Shown: positions 24,617 to 38,002, counted from the first letter of the stretch. The stretch is DNA of 64,000 bases from Takakia lepidozioides (GCA_030704615.1 CM060734.1:8246001-8310000); one strand, 5' to 3'. The notes: a model not told the origin generated them from the letters alone. A program made the numbers and translations.

Positions 24617-25588
24617 CCAGGTAGAGAGTAAAGAGCTGAACACCTGACACGTTGCCTCCTACATTAAGTATCGATGCTATTTATACCTGCTCCACCATGT
24701 TACCCTAACTAAATTTTACTTTTAATTAATTCTTAAACTCGCCCTGAAATCGAAGGTACTAAATCCAATAAAATTATTGAAAATATGAGTGTAAGAAGAT
24801 TGCACTGGGCCTGCAGCAACGGCAACTTAATGTTGCCGCCACTAACTGGGCACACACAAGGCTAAGTTAGATCCAGGTACCTATTTTCAGAAATGGCATT
24901 GAAGAAGCGCAGGGCGAAATGAGCCGAAAGGATTGAACTCGCGACAGGTCGTTGTCGATACGAGCGTTCTTGTCCGCTAGCAGCATTCTCGTCTTCCCTC
25001 CGCGCTCCCGCACAAATGCATGGTCGCTTGCACATCGCTGCGTGCAGGCAGAGTTCCGACGCCGTGCCAGCGCTGCATTGTTGCTGTATGTGAAGGGGGA
25101 GAGGGCGGAGGTTCTTCTTCGCTTGTCTTGCACAGTGTGGCCGTGATATTATTTTTTGTTCTTCTTCGTTTTCCGAGTGAATACATTTTCGTTCCTTGCC
25201 ACCACATGTTTGTATCTGTAACGACAATGCAGGTGTGTGGAGGCAGGTGAAGAGTGTGACGCGAATGTGTAATAGGACGACGGGGGTTCTTTGTTTGTTT
25301 TGTAGATTGTGGCCGTGTTTTTTTATTGTGTTTGCGGAGGGAAAGATATTTTAGATGCGGCCACATGTGTGTATCTGTCAAGGCAATATAATGTATCCCG
25401 GCAGGTGCAGTGAACGACTGGCAATCGAGGTCGGGGGTGCACGGGTAGGGAAGGCGTCACAATGTCCAAGCATTGCCTGTGCGGTAGGGGGTTCCGGGAT
25501 GACGGGATGAAGCCGAGGAACTTAAAGAAAGAAGAGGTGTAGATCTTCGTCGAGAGGAAGATATCAGAGTAGCGTACTTGGAGCGGTG

Positions 25589-28348
25589 ATGGAGGGAGGC
25601 ATGGTATCTGTCAATGGCAGCATTGCGTCGTCAACGAGTGCTTCTTTTAATCTCCATGGCCAAGTCAGAAACCTTGTCTCTGGACTTTTCTTCTCTTTGA
25701 TATCTTTCTCTTCATTCTTCTACGGATTCTGTTCTTGTTACTTATCGGTATGCTATCTTTGCTTTGGTCTGTGGGGTATGTTGGCCGTCAATGTGGCCGC
25801 CCCACTTTCACACGTAGGATTGCAAGCTCTGTTCGCAGATAATGCATCCAAGACAGCTCTTTTTATCGCTAAATTTATGCGGATTCTATCGGACGTTAAC
25901 TAGAGTATTTTGAGTCTGCTCTTGTTGTCTCGCGATACTTTATCACGTTTGCTCTCCTTCAGTAGATTCCTGGATATTAGCCGCTTGGCAAGCTGTCTTT
26001 CACTTTATGCTTCTTTTGCATTGTGCATCCCTTTCAGACATATCCTTCTCTCGTTTCCTTTCTCAAAAAGTCCCAAGGACGACTCCTCGTAAATTGTCTC
26101 GTTCTGAAACTGTTGCATCCTACGTACCGGATTCCTTTTAGGCCGCCTGGAAATAAATTGAGGCTGGAATGGTTTGCTTGCCTTACTAGTCCTCAAAGGA
26201 TGCCTTGAGAAGCGAGATAACGATGTGTGTGTAGGAGATCTCGATAATGTCCAGGAATGCAGGTGCCCGGATCCCAAAAACTGCTGTGAAAGGCCCTTAG
26301 TTTGTTACTCGCAGTATCCTTTTGTGTGGTAGATGGGAACTGTGGGGTCTGTTAGATGCTGAAGTTTTCTGCCTGCTACATGATTAAAGAGCGCTTGCAT
26401 TTGGAGCAAGTCTCTTTCTGCGGTGTCATGCCTAAGCCAAAAGTTGTTTTTTTCCTTAGTGGCACGTTTTCAATGCTGTGTTATGTTTTTCTACTCAGGT
26501 CTTCTAGCATCTGCAATCCTGAAAATCTCATCTTAGAAGGGAAAGCAAGCGCTCAGACTCTTCTCGTCAGTTTGATTTGTCCATGTAAAGAAACAGGGCA
26601 TCTGACCTCATACATTGTTTGTCCACAATCAACAAAGATGAGGTGCCTGGAGTTCTTCATCTGATTTGTTAGAAGTCTGCCTGTGGTTTGCTCATTGACC
26701 TTACTAAATCAGAACCTGATTATGAAGGTGTATGAATCACACAATTTTGGAAGAAGTGTATATTGTGTTCTGAGTAAATATTACTTCATCAAACTAAGAT
26801 AGTCTTCCTCCTCTATTTGTTCAGTGCAAGGAAGAGCTTATCTTGCAGTGGATTGTTGTTTGTACCCTCCTGAGATAGTGTCTGGTATGAGCGGTAATTT
26901 CTTGGTAAGTGTGTTAATGATGGAGTGTGTGCACACAGAGTTTCGATGAGATGAGGGATTTGCTCATGTGTGCAACAATGGAACTGGAATCAGCACGAAC
27001 AGCAGCAACAGCTCAGGGCCAACTTCATGAAGCGCGCGTGCGTCATTTGCAGGAAATTTTGAAGACAACACGGCGGGAGAGGGATGAGGCACGCAAGCAG
27101 TATCACCAGTTGCAGGAGCAACTCTTGCGTTCACCTAGCTTGAATGGCTCTGGCCTTAGTGACAGTCTGCCGAACACAGGATTGGCAGCTGTGGTTGAAT
27201 CAGCAGCAGATGCACATCATCACCTAGAAGAGCTTGAGGAGCACCTGGAGCTCAATGAAACCCACCATTCTTCCTCGCATGCACCCCTGGTGCACCATGA
27301 CCAGCAACTGGATCATTTGGAGGACCCTGTGCAGGTTCTCCATCACCTGGACCTTCCATCCCCAGATGCACATTCATCGCTACCTCCTCTGCCCCCACTG
27401 CCCCCGCTTCACTGCCCCAGTGAGCAGTGCTCCTTGCATAGCTTGGATGACCTCCAGCAATCCTCTTCACCAGTAGCTCTGCAGCACCAGCAAGGACAGC
27501 ACAGCTTGCAGCGCCACCACCGTCACCGCCATCAACTTCTCCAGCACAGTTCAGATGAAGAACTTGAGCATGAGTCTGAGCAGCTCTTGTTGCAGATGCA
27601 GCAACAGAGCGAGCAGCAGCTGCAGTCTGGGCAGCAGGTCCTAGTGCACCAACAAGCCATGCATGAGTCGCTAGTCAGTATGGGTGCCATGTCAGTGCTG
27701 CAGCATTCGACATGGCAATCTCTACCTGGTGGGGGTGCTGGATTTCCTCAACCAGGCATCTGCTCACCACCCCTTTCAAGTCTAGGGTTGCAAACTGCTT
27801 GCCTTCACAGTGGCTCTGCAGTGGCCTCCTTGTTAAGCCCCCTCAAACCATATAAAACTGTAGGCTCGGGTCCAGTGCAGCTGCATCTTCCAGAGCCACC
27901 AGAAGCAGACCTGCAGGTGATGTTGAAATCCTTGCCAGAGAAAGGGAAGCTCCTGCAGGCAGTGATGCAAGCTGGGCCTCTTTTGCAGACTCTGCTGGTA
28001 GCTGGCGGCCCCCTTCCGCAATGGCGACATCCCCCTCCAGCACTAGATACACTGGACATTCCCCGTGTGTCCATGTCCTCCTCAACTCCTTGTGATTCCC
28101 AGCCCTCAGTCAACAACATCGGTCGAATGACCACCGGTACTCTTGAGCAGCATGGTGGCATTCATCCCTCACCACCTATCCCCTCCCAAGAAAGTAGCCT
28201 CTCTCACCTTTCTGTACCCCTTTCAGTTCCAACCACCCCAAATAGTTGCTTTGCTTCTCAGGGCATCCTCCGTGTCAGCAGCATGGGCCACTTGGCCCCA
28301 GATATGAGGCTGTTAAATCCACCCCTGAAGTATGCTAAGATTCACTAA
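25589..28348 (+). CDS. DUF1635 family protein, join(25589..25663,26939..28348), 494 aa
   Basis: N-terminal coiled coil (SFDEMRDLLMCATMELES...RERDEAR) and C-terminal LPEKGKLLQAVMQAGPLLQTLLVAGGPLPQWRHPPP are DUF1635 hallmarks. A phase-0 GT..AG intron (25664-26938) joins both exons in frame without stops. Confidence 0.9.
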
Positions 28349-30584
28349 GCCTCAGCTTGTACATCTACTCTAACTGCGGACCGTGCTCAAGCTGATTACT
28401 TCTGCGTTGGACAACCTGTCGTTTCGCAAAGGTGACATTTTTGCTAGCACTGGGTACGTTACACTTCCAACTGTCAATCTATGTAGCACAGAAAAAAATA
28501 CTTGCTCAATGGTGTCCCATTGGATGCCGCTGCCCAGCATAATGACATCAGAGCATTAAATTACTGTTGTACAGTAACTCTGATGCAGTTAGCGGCGGAG
28601 CTGGTTAGATGCAGACACTTTTGTGATTAGTGTTGTACTTTTAGCTCTTTGAGACAATTTATAATTTCTCAATGTTGAATCAATTCTTGCCCCTTATCAG
28701 ACCTAAATGTAGCCTGAATTGGATGTCAGTTTGCATTCTCGCCAGTGGTGTGCTCTATGATTGGGAGTTCAAATGCCGTCCCTCTTCTGAAGTTGTTTCT
28801 TGTTGCTGTGCTTTGTCCCGTAGGCCCTGGGCGAGCCCAATGGACATCATAATTTTGTTGCCTTTCACAACAGTTGCTACTTTCTTTTGACTTTTCATCG
28901 CCATAGGCTCTCTGGGCTTCGGTAGAGCTTGGGAAGCTTTCTGTTGGTGCAAATGCTTTTTGGTAGCATCAGGATGTTGCTTGATGGGTCCTCAGGTTTG
29001 TGTTGCGAAAATGGTGATTGGAGTCCCGCTTGGACATGAATCAGACATTGTCTGTGGCAGGATATGTGCTGCCAGGCAGGTACATACCAGGATGCATACC
29101 TGCATTGTGGCAAGGTGGATACTTCCATTGAGAGAGAGATCTTATCATATTTTAGAGAAGGAGACCATTATGGCACTCTTCCAAATATTTAAAACATCGC
29201 CCTTTCGCTTTTTCTAAACCATACCCCGGTGACCTGGGGTTTAATCCTTTTAACCCTTAAGCGCCCACTGGTCCCCGGTGACTTTTTCCAAAAACTTTAA
29301 AATGACAATAACATTCAGGGAAAAACCAATTTCCAAAAACCGATTGCACATTACCTGGCCACCTACCTCCTGCATGCACCTGCCAATTTTCAGGGCAATC
29401 AGATAAGATCCCGCCCGTTCAACGTGGGCCCATTTTTGGGCCCCTTTGCAATAGAAAATAGTTTCCAGGGAGCTTTTTGGAGTTTGGGGTGACGGGATGA
29501 AAGCAGAATCAACAATCTGCTGATTCTGCGACAACATCATCCCTGTGACATCCGTCATCCAGCGAACCAGTTTTTAGTGAATTTGGACATGAATTGTGGT
29601 GTTGACACTTGGCAAACGTCAATTTAGCTATGTTTTGTCAATTTAGCTATGTTTGAAGCAAGGTGAAGCAAGGTGTTTCCTTGTCTATGTCAAACCTGGA
29701 ACAAACACCTAGGAACCTGGAAACACATAGCAAAGCTGAAGCACAAAAAGCAGAGAAGATGGCACAAAGTGGGACCAGCAACGATTCTCTCAATTTCGAG
29801 ACCTCAGACTTGCCAAGCATTCAACAATTTGGCACATATGTGACAACATGGACAGTTCAGGGAGTCCCTATATCTGTCACAGCATCAATGCATGAGTGGG
29901 AGTTGTACCCATACACTACCCCAGCCGGCAGTTCACACATGACCAAGGGGGGAGATCCCCCCCGTGCACCCCCACTTGGCCATGGGACTAACACCTACGG
30001 AAAACTAGACAGAAGGAAAGAAGCAGAGCCAAGTGTAAGTAAGGAAAAATGTCACATTGAACTACAATGCAAACCTGAATTACGCGCTAAGGCTTCAAAG
30101 AAAGCACCAGCATAAAGCCACATACACCCAATGTAGTTAGTGTATTCAAATGAGATAGACACACCACAAAACGTAAATTGAGCGGGGAAGACACCCCTAG
30201 GGAATTCCAAAAAGGCCTTGATGTGAAATGCAGCGCAATTCACTTGATCAGATGCCAATTCAATTGAATTGCGATGCCATTCAATTGAACTAACCCTAAT
30301 TTGCAATTCAATTGAATTGCTGACTGCAATTCAATTGAATTGTTAATCTATAATTTTTAACGCAGTTTTGGTATATAATATATATAATATATATTAATAT
30401 ATTATCATGTATATGTATATGTATATGTATCGTATACAACATATACATACGAGAGTATAAGCTGAATATACATGCTGGCCCGTCTATTCCTGCTGCCCGT
30501 CCATCCTTTGCTTGTGGTAAGGCCTAAGTCACGACATGAGTCGCGTAGCCTAAAGAGGATATATACTACACATATATACTAGTA

Positions 30585-30840
30585 GAGGTATCGTCATTAG
30601 GTTGTAGCCCTGTTTGATATATCTACAGAGGTATAGTATATTTCATTTTACAAGAAAAGTTGGCCAAATTAATCTATATTTATGCGGAGGTATCGTCATG
30701 AGACAGTAGCCCTGTTTAGTATACCACCAGAGGTATAGCGCCTGACTTACAAAGAAACCTGGTCAAATCAGCCTATATGCAGGTTGAGGTATCGTTATGA
30801 GGTAGTTGCCCTGTTTAGTATACCTACAGAGGGATTGGCA
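30585..30840 (+). repeat. Three ~100-bp subterminal direct repeats
   Basis: gaggtatcgtcat.ag...tagccctgttt...ata..tacagagg at ~30585, 30688 and 30787. Confidence 0.75.
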
Positions 30841-31639
30841 ACGTACGCATTCTTATCTCTGTTTTTATCCCAGTCCTCGCTTGTTAGATTCTACAGTTGT
30901 TCATCGCGTAGCACTTGGCTACATGATTGTCTATTGTTTCTGGTTTACTCAATAAGAAGAGTGGGATAGAAATGTCAAGTGAGTTTTTCATGGTACGTGT
31001 CATGGTTGGGTGGACAGGAAGAGGCCAAGGAAGAGGCAGCAGCAGAGCTGACACATTTTGGTAAGGCAACCGTGTCCATCCTGAGTATGAAGGATGCTGC
31101 ACCCTCGGAAATACAATGCTTCAAGTAAGTTCAAAGAGCTTTCTTCTCTTTCTGGTGTGCTGGATATGTATGCGGAGGACAACTAATATCACCTTAGGTG
31201 CCAAGGGAGAAACAAACAACCAGACCCTATTTCATTTCATTTCTTTCTCTCTCTCTCTCTCTCTCTCTCGTGTTTCTCCCTGTCCTCTAGGAAGCCTATT
31301 GACATTGGGTGGACTTGAAACGTGAGTACATTAATGTCTCTGTCACTAAATGTCGGCCTTCTGACCTCGTGTCCTTGTTTGTTTCGACCTTAAGCGTTTT
31401 GCTTCAGGTAAGGTAGTGCATTGGATTTAGTTGGAAAGCTTGGGGCCTTTCCCTCTTTAGAATATGCCTACACGGGCCATTCCCTGCAACTCCCTGGAGT
31501 GTGATCTCTGAATGGTAACAAGCGGACTCCTACCGCTTGGGGGCAGCCCCTCCGCCCAAATTGGGCAGTCGTATGCTCTGTCTAGCATACTCGGCACTTC
31601 GGCTCGGGTTGGTTCCTGTGCTTAAACTTATGGCCTGCG

Positions 31640-32890
31640 AAAACAATCAAAAATTTAGCTCCTATCAACATCAACACTCCTCAGGGTGATCCCTGGGAAT
31701 TGGTTACTTATGCAAATCTAGGGCTTCATGTGTAGTTTTTGGGGTGAATCCCAGGATGGACGATGTGTCCTTTAAAACTACATGCTCTACCTTAGGCTTG
31801 GATTTCATGGTTAATGGTACCATCTCGAGACTTGATAACAGGGGTACGTTGAAGTTGCAATGACCAAAAGTGCTTCTAATAGAGTCCCCATCAATTCAAT
31901 CTCAAATAAGTTCGTCCGTGATTTCTTGTTTGACAATTGTGAAATTATCAACAAGGGTTTGAGGTACGAGCATAGTATCTGGCTAAAACTGAATTTGAAG
32001 GGCGGCATGAGTACTCTGCTGGACCTCTTTGTCCGTGTGTTTACATGCCCACAGAGGGACCCTGTGTGCTGACGCAGACAAGGCCTCACAAGTTTTGAAG
32101 CTGGACTGTGCTTCGTTCCTTGCCAAAGGTCAGGACTTCAATGCCTGGGTGGGCAAAGGGATCCATCAGGACGATATCATTGGACCTTTTGGTGAGGACG
32201 AGCTGAATTCTAATGGCAGACGGTTAATTAACTGTCTAGAAGAGCTTCAGCTTTTGACCTTGAATAACAGGACAAGAGGTGACCAAGTGCAGTGGACTCG
32301 TGAGAAACCCCAAACTGGGGAACGTTCCATTGTGGACTATATCATAATGGACAAATTTTGTTCCCCCAGTGTGCCGATGTGTTGATCGACAGAACTGATA
32401 TTGGTACCTCTGACCACTTGCTGGTTTGGACTGACATCAAAAGGTGTTTTCCCACCACCAAGAGATCTGTGAAACGTTCGATTCGGAAGTGGCGCATAGA
32501 AAAATTCCACAATGAGGAGGTCAAGGCTGAGTACGTCCAGGCCTTGCAAGAGGCTCTCCCTCATTTTGTCCAATCGCTCCAAGAACTTCAGTCACGCTCT
32601 GTTAACAATAAATGAAGTCGAAAGAGCAGTGGACTCTTGGGAGAGTTTCGTTTCCTCCGTGGCTGACAAGATCATTGGGAGGAAACTAATTGTCTGCGGT
32701 AGAGCAGTTTTTGGTGGACTAATGAGATTAAACTCAAGATAGCTGAGAGGAGCCCTCTATAAAGTGCTGCAATTTGGAAACCAACAGAGAATTGTGGGCG
32801 AGGTACTACCAGCTCCGTAAAGATATCAATCAGCTTGTTAGGTCTCAGAAAAAATTATACTGGGACAAGTTATACAGTGAAATAAAAACC
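31640..32890 (+). mobile_element. LINE ORF2 AP-endonuclease region (degraded), nested in the IS3EU-like element
   Basis: ININT at the start; DFNAWVG, NSNGRRL, SIVDYI and SDHLLV endonuclease motifs. Confidence 0.85.
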
Positions 32891-34009
32891 AAACCACCAT
32901 GGTGGTAATGACAAGAAATTATGCTTGGCCCTTCAACGTTTGTAGTCACGCTCTGTAGAGGTATTGAGCACAAGGGGAAGCAATATAACTTGGCATAGGG
33001 GCTGATATGGACTTGACATTGATCTTCCATGTGCACACCTCTCTCCATGTGCTGCTCATCCACCACTCTACCCACTGCCTGCGTATCGCTGGTTTGACTA
33101 AGTGACTGGTCACTAGATCACCAGTCACACCTTCATAGGAGTGGGCATGTGGCTTGCAAGTGTTGGGCTGCCAATAACAAACCCACTACAACGTTGCACT
33201 ACAACCATAATCTCATCACTATTGCAAAACTCAGCATTCATGCTCTCGATTCCCACTCCAGCCTTTCAAATTCCTCAACTTCCATTCAGCATCCCATGAA
33301 CCCCACATGCAGCCCGAGTGTTATTACAAGCACGTTATGTGCTTTGGTAAATACTGTTGTTGGAATGAGGCAAAGCCCTCAAACCTTGGCCAAATTTATG
33401 CAAACCTCCTTAAACTGCTTGTGAGCTAAATGGGTTTGATGTGCATGCCCAGGGCTAGCTCCATCTCATTTTTTGGGGGACCCTTTGGGAGACAGATGGC
33501 TTACTCAGAAGTGCTTCAGCTTCCTCTGATTCACTGGCAAAAGAAATATGGCTAGCTCTGAAAGAAACAGACAATTTCAAACCTCACAATTGATGAATGG
33601 CTTCCCCTGCATCATCATGTACTCCCCTGGCACTAGTATCTGGCCCCCATGACACAACCCCAGAGAAAACAAAAGACATGTTCATTTCGAGAATTATCTC
33701 CAATAATCTTGTTTCGATACCCTTACAAAGGTATCATGTTGCAATTGGGCTGTGTGTTCGATAGAGAGTTTAATATATCAACTCTTAGACGTTGATACTC
33801 TTACAGTGGTATCATGTTTGGTATATGTACATAGCCATATATTGGCACTATAAGGGCTTGGCAGTATGAAATTGGTTAGTGTCTCAAGGTGCAGATGAAA
33901 CATGCTAACATATTTAGATTGTAAGCAACACCCACCAGTCAAACTCATCCTCAGAAGAGATTGATACACAAAAATTTCTCAGGGTCGTTGGTGCGCAGGC
34001 TTTTGTCAA

Positions 34010-34090
34010 GGGCTTGATATCATCATCGGTCAACTCAAAGTCAAAGACATCAAGGTTCTACTTCAATCTCTCCATCTTGTCTGACTTAGG
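34010..34090 (-). pseudogene. Aldo/keto reductase C-terminal fragment
   Basis: PKSDKMERLK*NLDVFDFELTDDDI matches the IPKS...ER..EN..VFDF.L motif. Confidence 0.75.
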
Positions 34091-34434
34091 ATTTTTATTA
34101 CTGTATGCAAAATTCTTAGATTATGAATAGAGGGTTCTTGAAAATGAGGCAAGTTGGTCATCATTGTCTCATATGTGGGGCAGACAAAGATTGTTGGAGA
34201 TAAAAGGCGGCCTCATGAGCCTCACGCTGTGCACTTCCCAATGAAACCCAACAATTTCACAACCCTCCAAAGATCGTACAACCCAGGCCCTGCCCCCAAG
34301 TAGTATGGTTTGATGTTTAGGGTGTATGGTTCAATATGGACAATGGATATGATGATGACATTTATTTAACAGAAATCCTCAAAGTACGTGACATAAAATA
34401 ATTATCTTTGAATGTGATTGTCCCACTTATTCAG

Positions 34435-36173
34435 TTAATCACAATTACATACAAGAGCTTGTGTAATTAAAAGTTGGAGAGCTTCCCTACTTAACACGGT
34501 ATTACCAATGAGGTCCAATTGATCAAAATATCTATGTTCATGCGTTGCCAAACCCACAATACCGAGACATGTAGTAGTGGAGATGAAAACAAGAGATCGA
34601 ATCCTTCCCAACCTTTCCAATTTCATAAGCTTGTGCACGGACACGAACCATGTCAGGAATGAGTTCAGCTCCTTTGGTAGGAAGGTCATGCAAACCACCT
34701 GCACATCGCCACCTTTGATTCCCACGAGGCCCCAAGTCTTGGTTACCAATGTGTCGGGGGTCTTCCCTGAATCGTGGGTCATCAATAAGGTGGCTGGTCC
34801 ATCTACATGATCAAACACATCACACACATTAGAATAACATTCCAATGTAAATTGTAGCTTAACAAATGAAAGTACAAACAAGAGAAAACCATGAGCTTAC
34901 CCATGCAAACGTTCATACTCACGAAAGAAACGAGCAGGAACATGTGATCGACGATATCGACCGTTTTCATTAATCGTGCGAACTCGATGTCCATTCCAAA
35001 TCTTCACGTATTCATCAACAGCTTCTTGTAGTATGGGCATATATATGTCAATAAAAGATTCTCGTTGCCACGGATCGTCCATATCCAATAATCCATCATT
35101 GACCATTGCTTGGAAGCAATTTTTGTAGTAGAACATTACCTTCTCCCATAGATGCCGCCAAAAGTGTTCAATCCTCTAACGTGGTGATTACACCACACAA
35201 AGTATTAGGAATATGCACAACATTACACACTCAATGATTAATAAAGATGAACCAAGAAATATGACAGAAATGTAAAGTTGATATGCAAGATATAATTGTA
35301 TAGAACACTAACCTGATTGTGTGTAGAAGACCCAGTCAAGTACGGATTGGGTGTTTCAGAACGTGTGGCTTCAATGTGTTGTTTTATAAGAGAGTGCTCT
35401 ACTGCAAAATCAGATCGAATTCGTAAAGGTGCTCCAAACTTGGAAACTGCATCGTGATATCATTTGAAAATGGTTTTTTCTTTCTTGTTTCTTGCAACGT
35501 TCGCCCATAAAACAAAATGAGAGGCCCCATCAATGCCAGCATGTACTCGAAGTCCAAACATAACCAATTTGTCATAAGCTGCACCACGAATTGCACACAT
35601 GTTTTAGTTTGCCTACAATTTTGTGCGATATGTAATGCAAGAAAACGTCTTGCATGTGCATCTTCAAAGAACATTAAGATGCATGAGATAAAATACTTAC
35701 AGTCAATGTGCCATAGAGCCATAGGCATTGTCACATATACTGAGTCCTCCGAATTGCCTGTGCCCTTCTCCTACGCTCATAATGGTAGGGTGAGATGATT
35801 TTCAAAGCTTCCCCCACCTTCCTTCGAGGAATCCGCCAATTTGACCTCCTTAAGGCAGATTGCACTGTTCTCATTCCCCAATTTGTCCCATTCTCTTCAA
35901 TAGAAGTAACTCTTGAATCTTTTCACACAAGCGTTGGACACTCAATTGATGATGAACTTTGAAAGGAGACCCTTGGACTTCTGATAGCAATCTTCTCAAT
36001 GGTCGTACATCATCAAAAGAAAGGGCAGTGGCGATTGATTTCATTGTGGCACCCTCATTCAACATTGCTTCCACATAAAGTACTAAATCATCCACTACTT
36101 TGTCACCATCCAAATGGTTGTTTTCCATGCTCACATGATCTGTCTTATCTCTGCTTAATAGCCCCAGTGCCAA
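34435..36173 (-). pseudogene. IS3/rve-type DDE transposase (IS3EU-like) with spliceosomal introns
   Basis: Splicing GT-AG introns 35579-35700 and 35176-35312 gives LWHIDSYDKLVMFGLRVHAGIDGASHF...GAPLRIRSDFAVEH...GSSTHNQRIEHFWR...WNGHRVRT. One in-frame TGA near 35460. HTH-like N-terminus at 35871-36173. Confidence 0.85.
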
Positions 36174-37566
36174 TGCCTTCGACCTTGCCTTTGTTGTAAT
36201 TGTTTGTTGTTAATTCTGTAGTCACTGCATCCACTCACACATTCCCCATAGGACTTACGTCACTAAAGTTCACATAGGCTATCAAGTAGATGAACCAAAT
36301 GTACTTTGAAACAACAACTACTCTATCCTAAAATGTATTAGCAAACCACAGTACACAGTGTGGGCAGGTTGAAGACAAACCATGTGATCAAGCTCTTTCT
36401 TTCAGTGTGTGTGTTGAGGAGCGTTTGGTAACCCACTCTACTACCCCTAAAGTTCTCTCCTCAAAACTCATGAGTCACCTGCACGTACACAAGAACTACA
36501 GCTTTAGCTAAAATGATATCTTTATCAATGATTGGGGGAACTCATGCCAATATGGGAATGTGCTTACTCATGGGCAGATCTTGTCATTTGGTGATCCAAT
36601 AAGGCTTCCATCATACATAGCGCCACCACCGCTCCACCACCGCTCAACCCTAAACTTGTTGTTGCATTCTTCTCTCGTTACTTCTCTCTCCTCCAACTGA
36701 TTTGATCCTTTCACTTTTAGGGCACCTCTGCCCTAAAAACCCTTCATCACTTCATTTCTCTCTCCCTTTTCCTCGCTCTCGCTCTCTCTCTAGTATATAT
36801 CTCTCCTTTAGGCTACGCGACTCATGTCGTGACTTAGGCCTTACCACAAGCAAAGGATGGACGGGCAGCAGGAATAGACGGGCCAGCATGTATATTCAGC
36901 TTATACTCTCGTATGTATATGTGTATACGATACATATATATATATACATATACATGATAATATATATTATATATTATATACAAAACTGCGTTAAAAAATT
37001 ATAGATTACAATTCAATTGAATCGCCAGTTGGCAATTCAATTGAATTGCAAATTAGGTTTAGTTCAATTGAATTGGCATCGCAATTCAATTGAATTGGCA
37101 TATGATCAAGTGAATTGCGCTGCATTTCACATCAAGGCCTTTTTGGAATTCCCTACACCCCTTGTGCGGATGGATCCTTCACAACTCTGCAAATCAAAAC
37201 AACCCCATGGTAGTTAGAGTATTACCAACATGAATGCATACATTTACCGCCATCAATGCATGCTGTGACGCTTCACAAAACAGGTACCCAAACACACAGC
37301 TATGTCTCCACGGGCTTGACAATAGTACTTTTGTCTGCAACCACACTCCACACACTTTCTTCGCCTAGAACTTTTTAAGGAGCAATGTAGAGCTCCTAGT
37401 TTTGGGACTGAACTCCTTGGCTGGACTGTTGTCTTGGGACCAACCCACCCACAAGTCAGTCCATTGGTAACCTCTATGTTGAAAAGAAGATGTGATCTAG
37501 GGATGCGGCCCCTTCTTTTCACTACAACACCCCATGGGATTTCTAACTAGCGAGGTTTCACTATCA

Positions 37567-37749
37567 CTTGAGCAGGTAGCCGAGTGGTTGGGTGTTTGTG
37601 CCTGCCTGTGCATAACCTAGGTGATCCTGGGTTCAATCTTTCAACATGTTCCTTCAGACCGTCCATTGGGCCCTCCATGGCCTGTGTATTGAGCAGTAGG
37701 CTCTGTAAATTCACTGGACGTTAAAGAAACTTTATCTTATCTTTATCAT
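37567..37749 (+). mobile_element. tRNA-derived SINE
   Basis: A box TAGCCGAGTGG (~37577), B box GGTTCAATC (~37630), (TTTATC)n-like tail, and flanking TTTCACTATCA direct repeats (37556-37566, 37750-37760). Confidence 0.75.
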
Positions 37750-38002
37750 TTTCACTATCAACACATTTCACTATTATTTTCACTATATAGTTAAGAATTG
37801 CTGAAAAGACACTAAACTCACTATGTAATAGTTACACATTTCACTACAGTAATGAAATGTGTAACTATCTGGTTTCCTGACTAGACAGTGACATGTGTAA
37901 TTGACAATAATATAATTAAAAATATTGAATAATTTCAGAAAACACCAGTGAAAATGTTGACTGCAGTTTGACTAGAATGGCACTAAACTTGTGAAATGGT
38001 TG

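Larger units (their letters stand above)
30198..37155 (-). mobile_element. IS3EU-like DNA transposon with ~365-bp TIRs and TSD
   Basis: TIRs at 30198-~30568 and ~36791-37155 (TAGGGAATTCCAAAAAGGCC...) are near-identical. Flanks CACCCC/CACCCC (30192-30197, 37156-37161). Internal rve-type DDE transposase. Confidence 0.85.

Noticed and set aside
24451-24858. Possible solo LTR (TG…CA, minus-strand TATA)
   Set aside because: No TSD, PBS or second copy in the window.
26927-26938. ORF-track GTG start of the 473-aa ORF
   Set aside because: It lies in the intron; the CAG acceptor at 26936-26938 and the upstream ATG exon give a better model.
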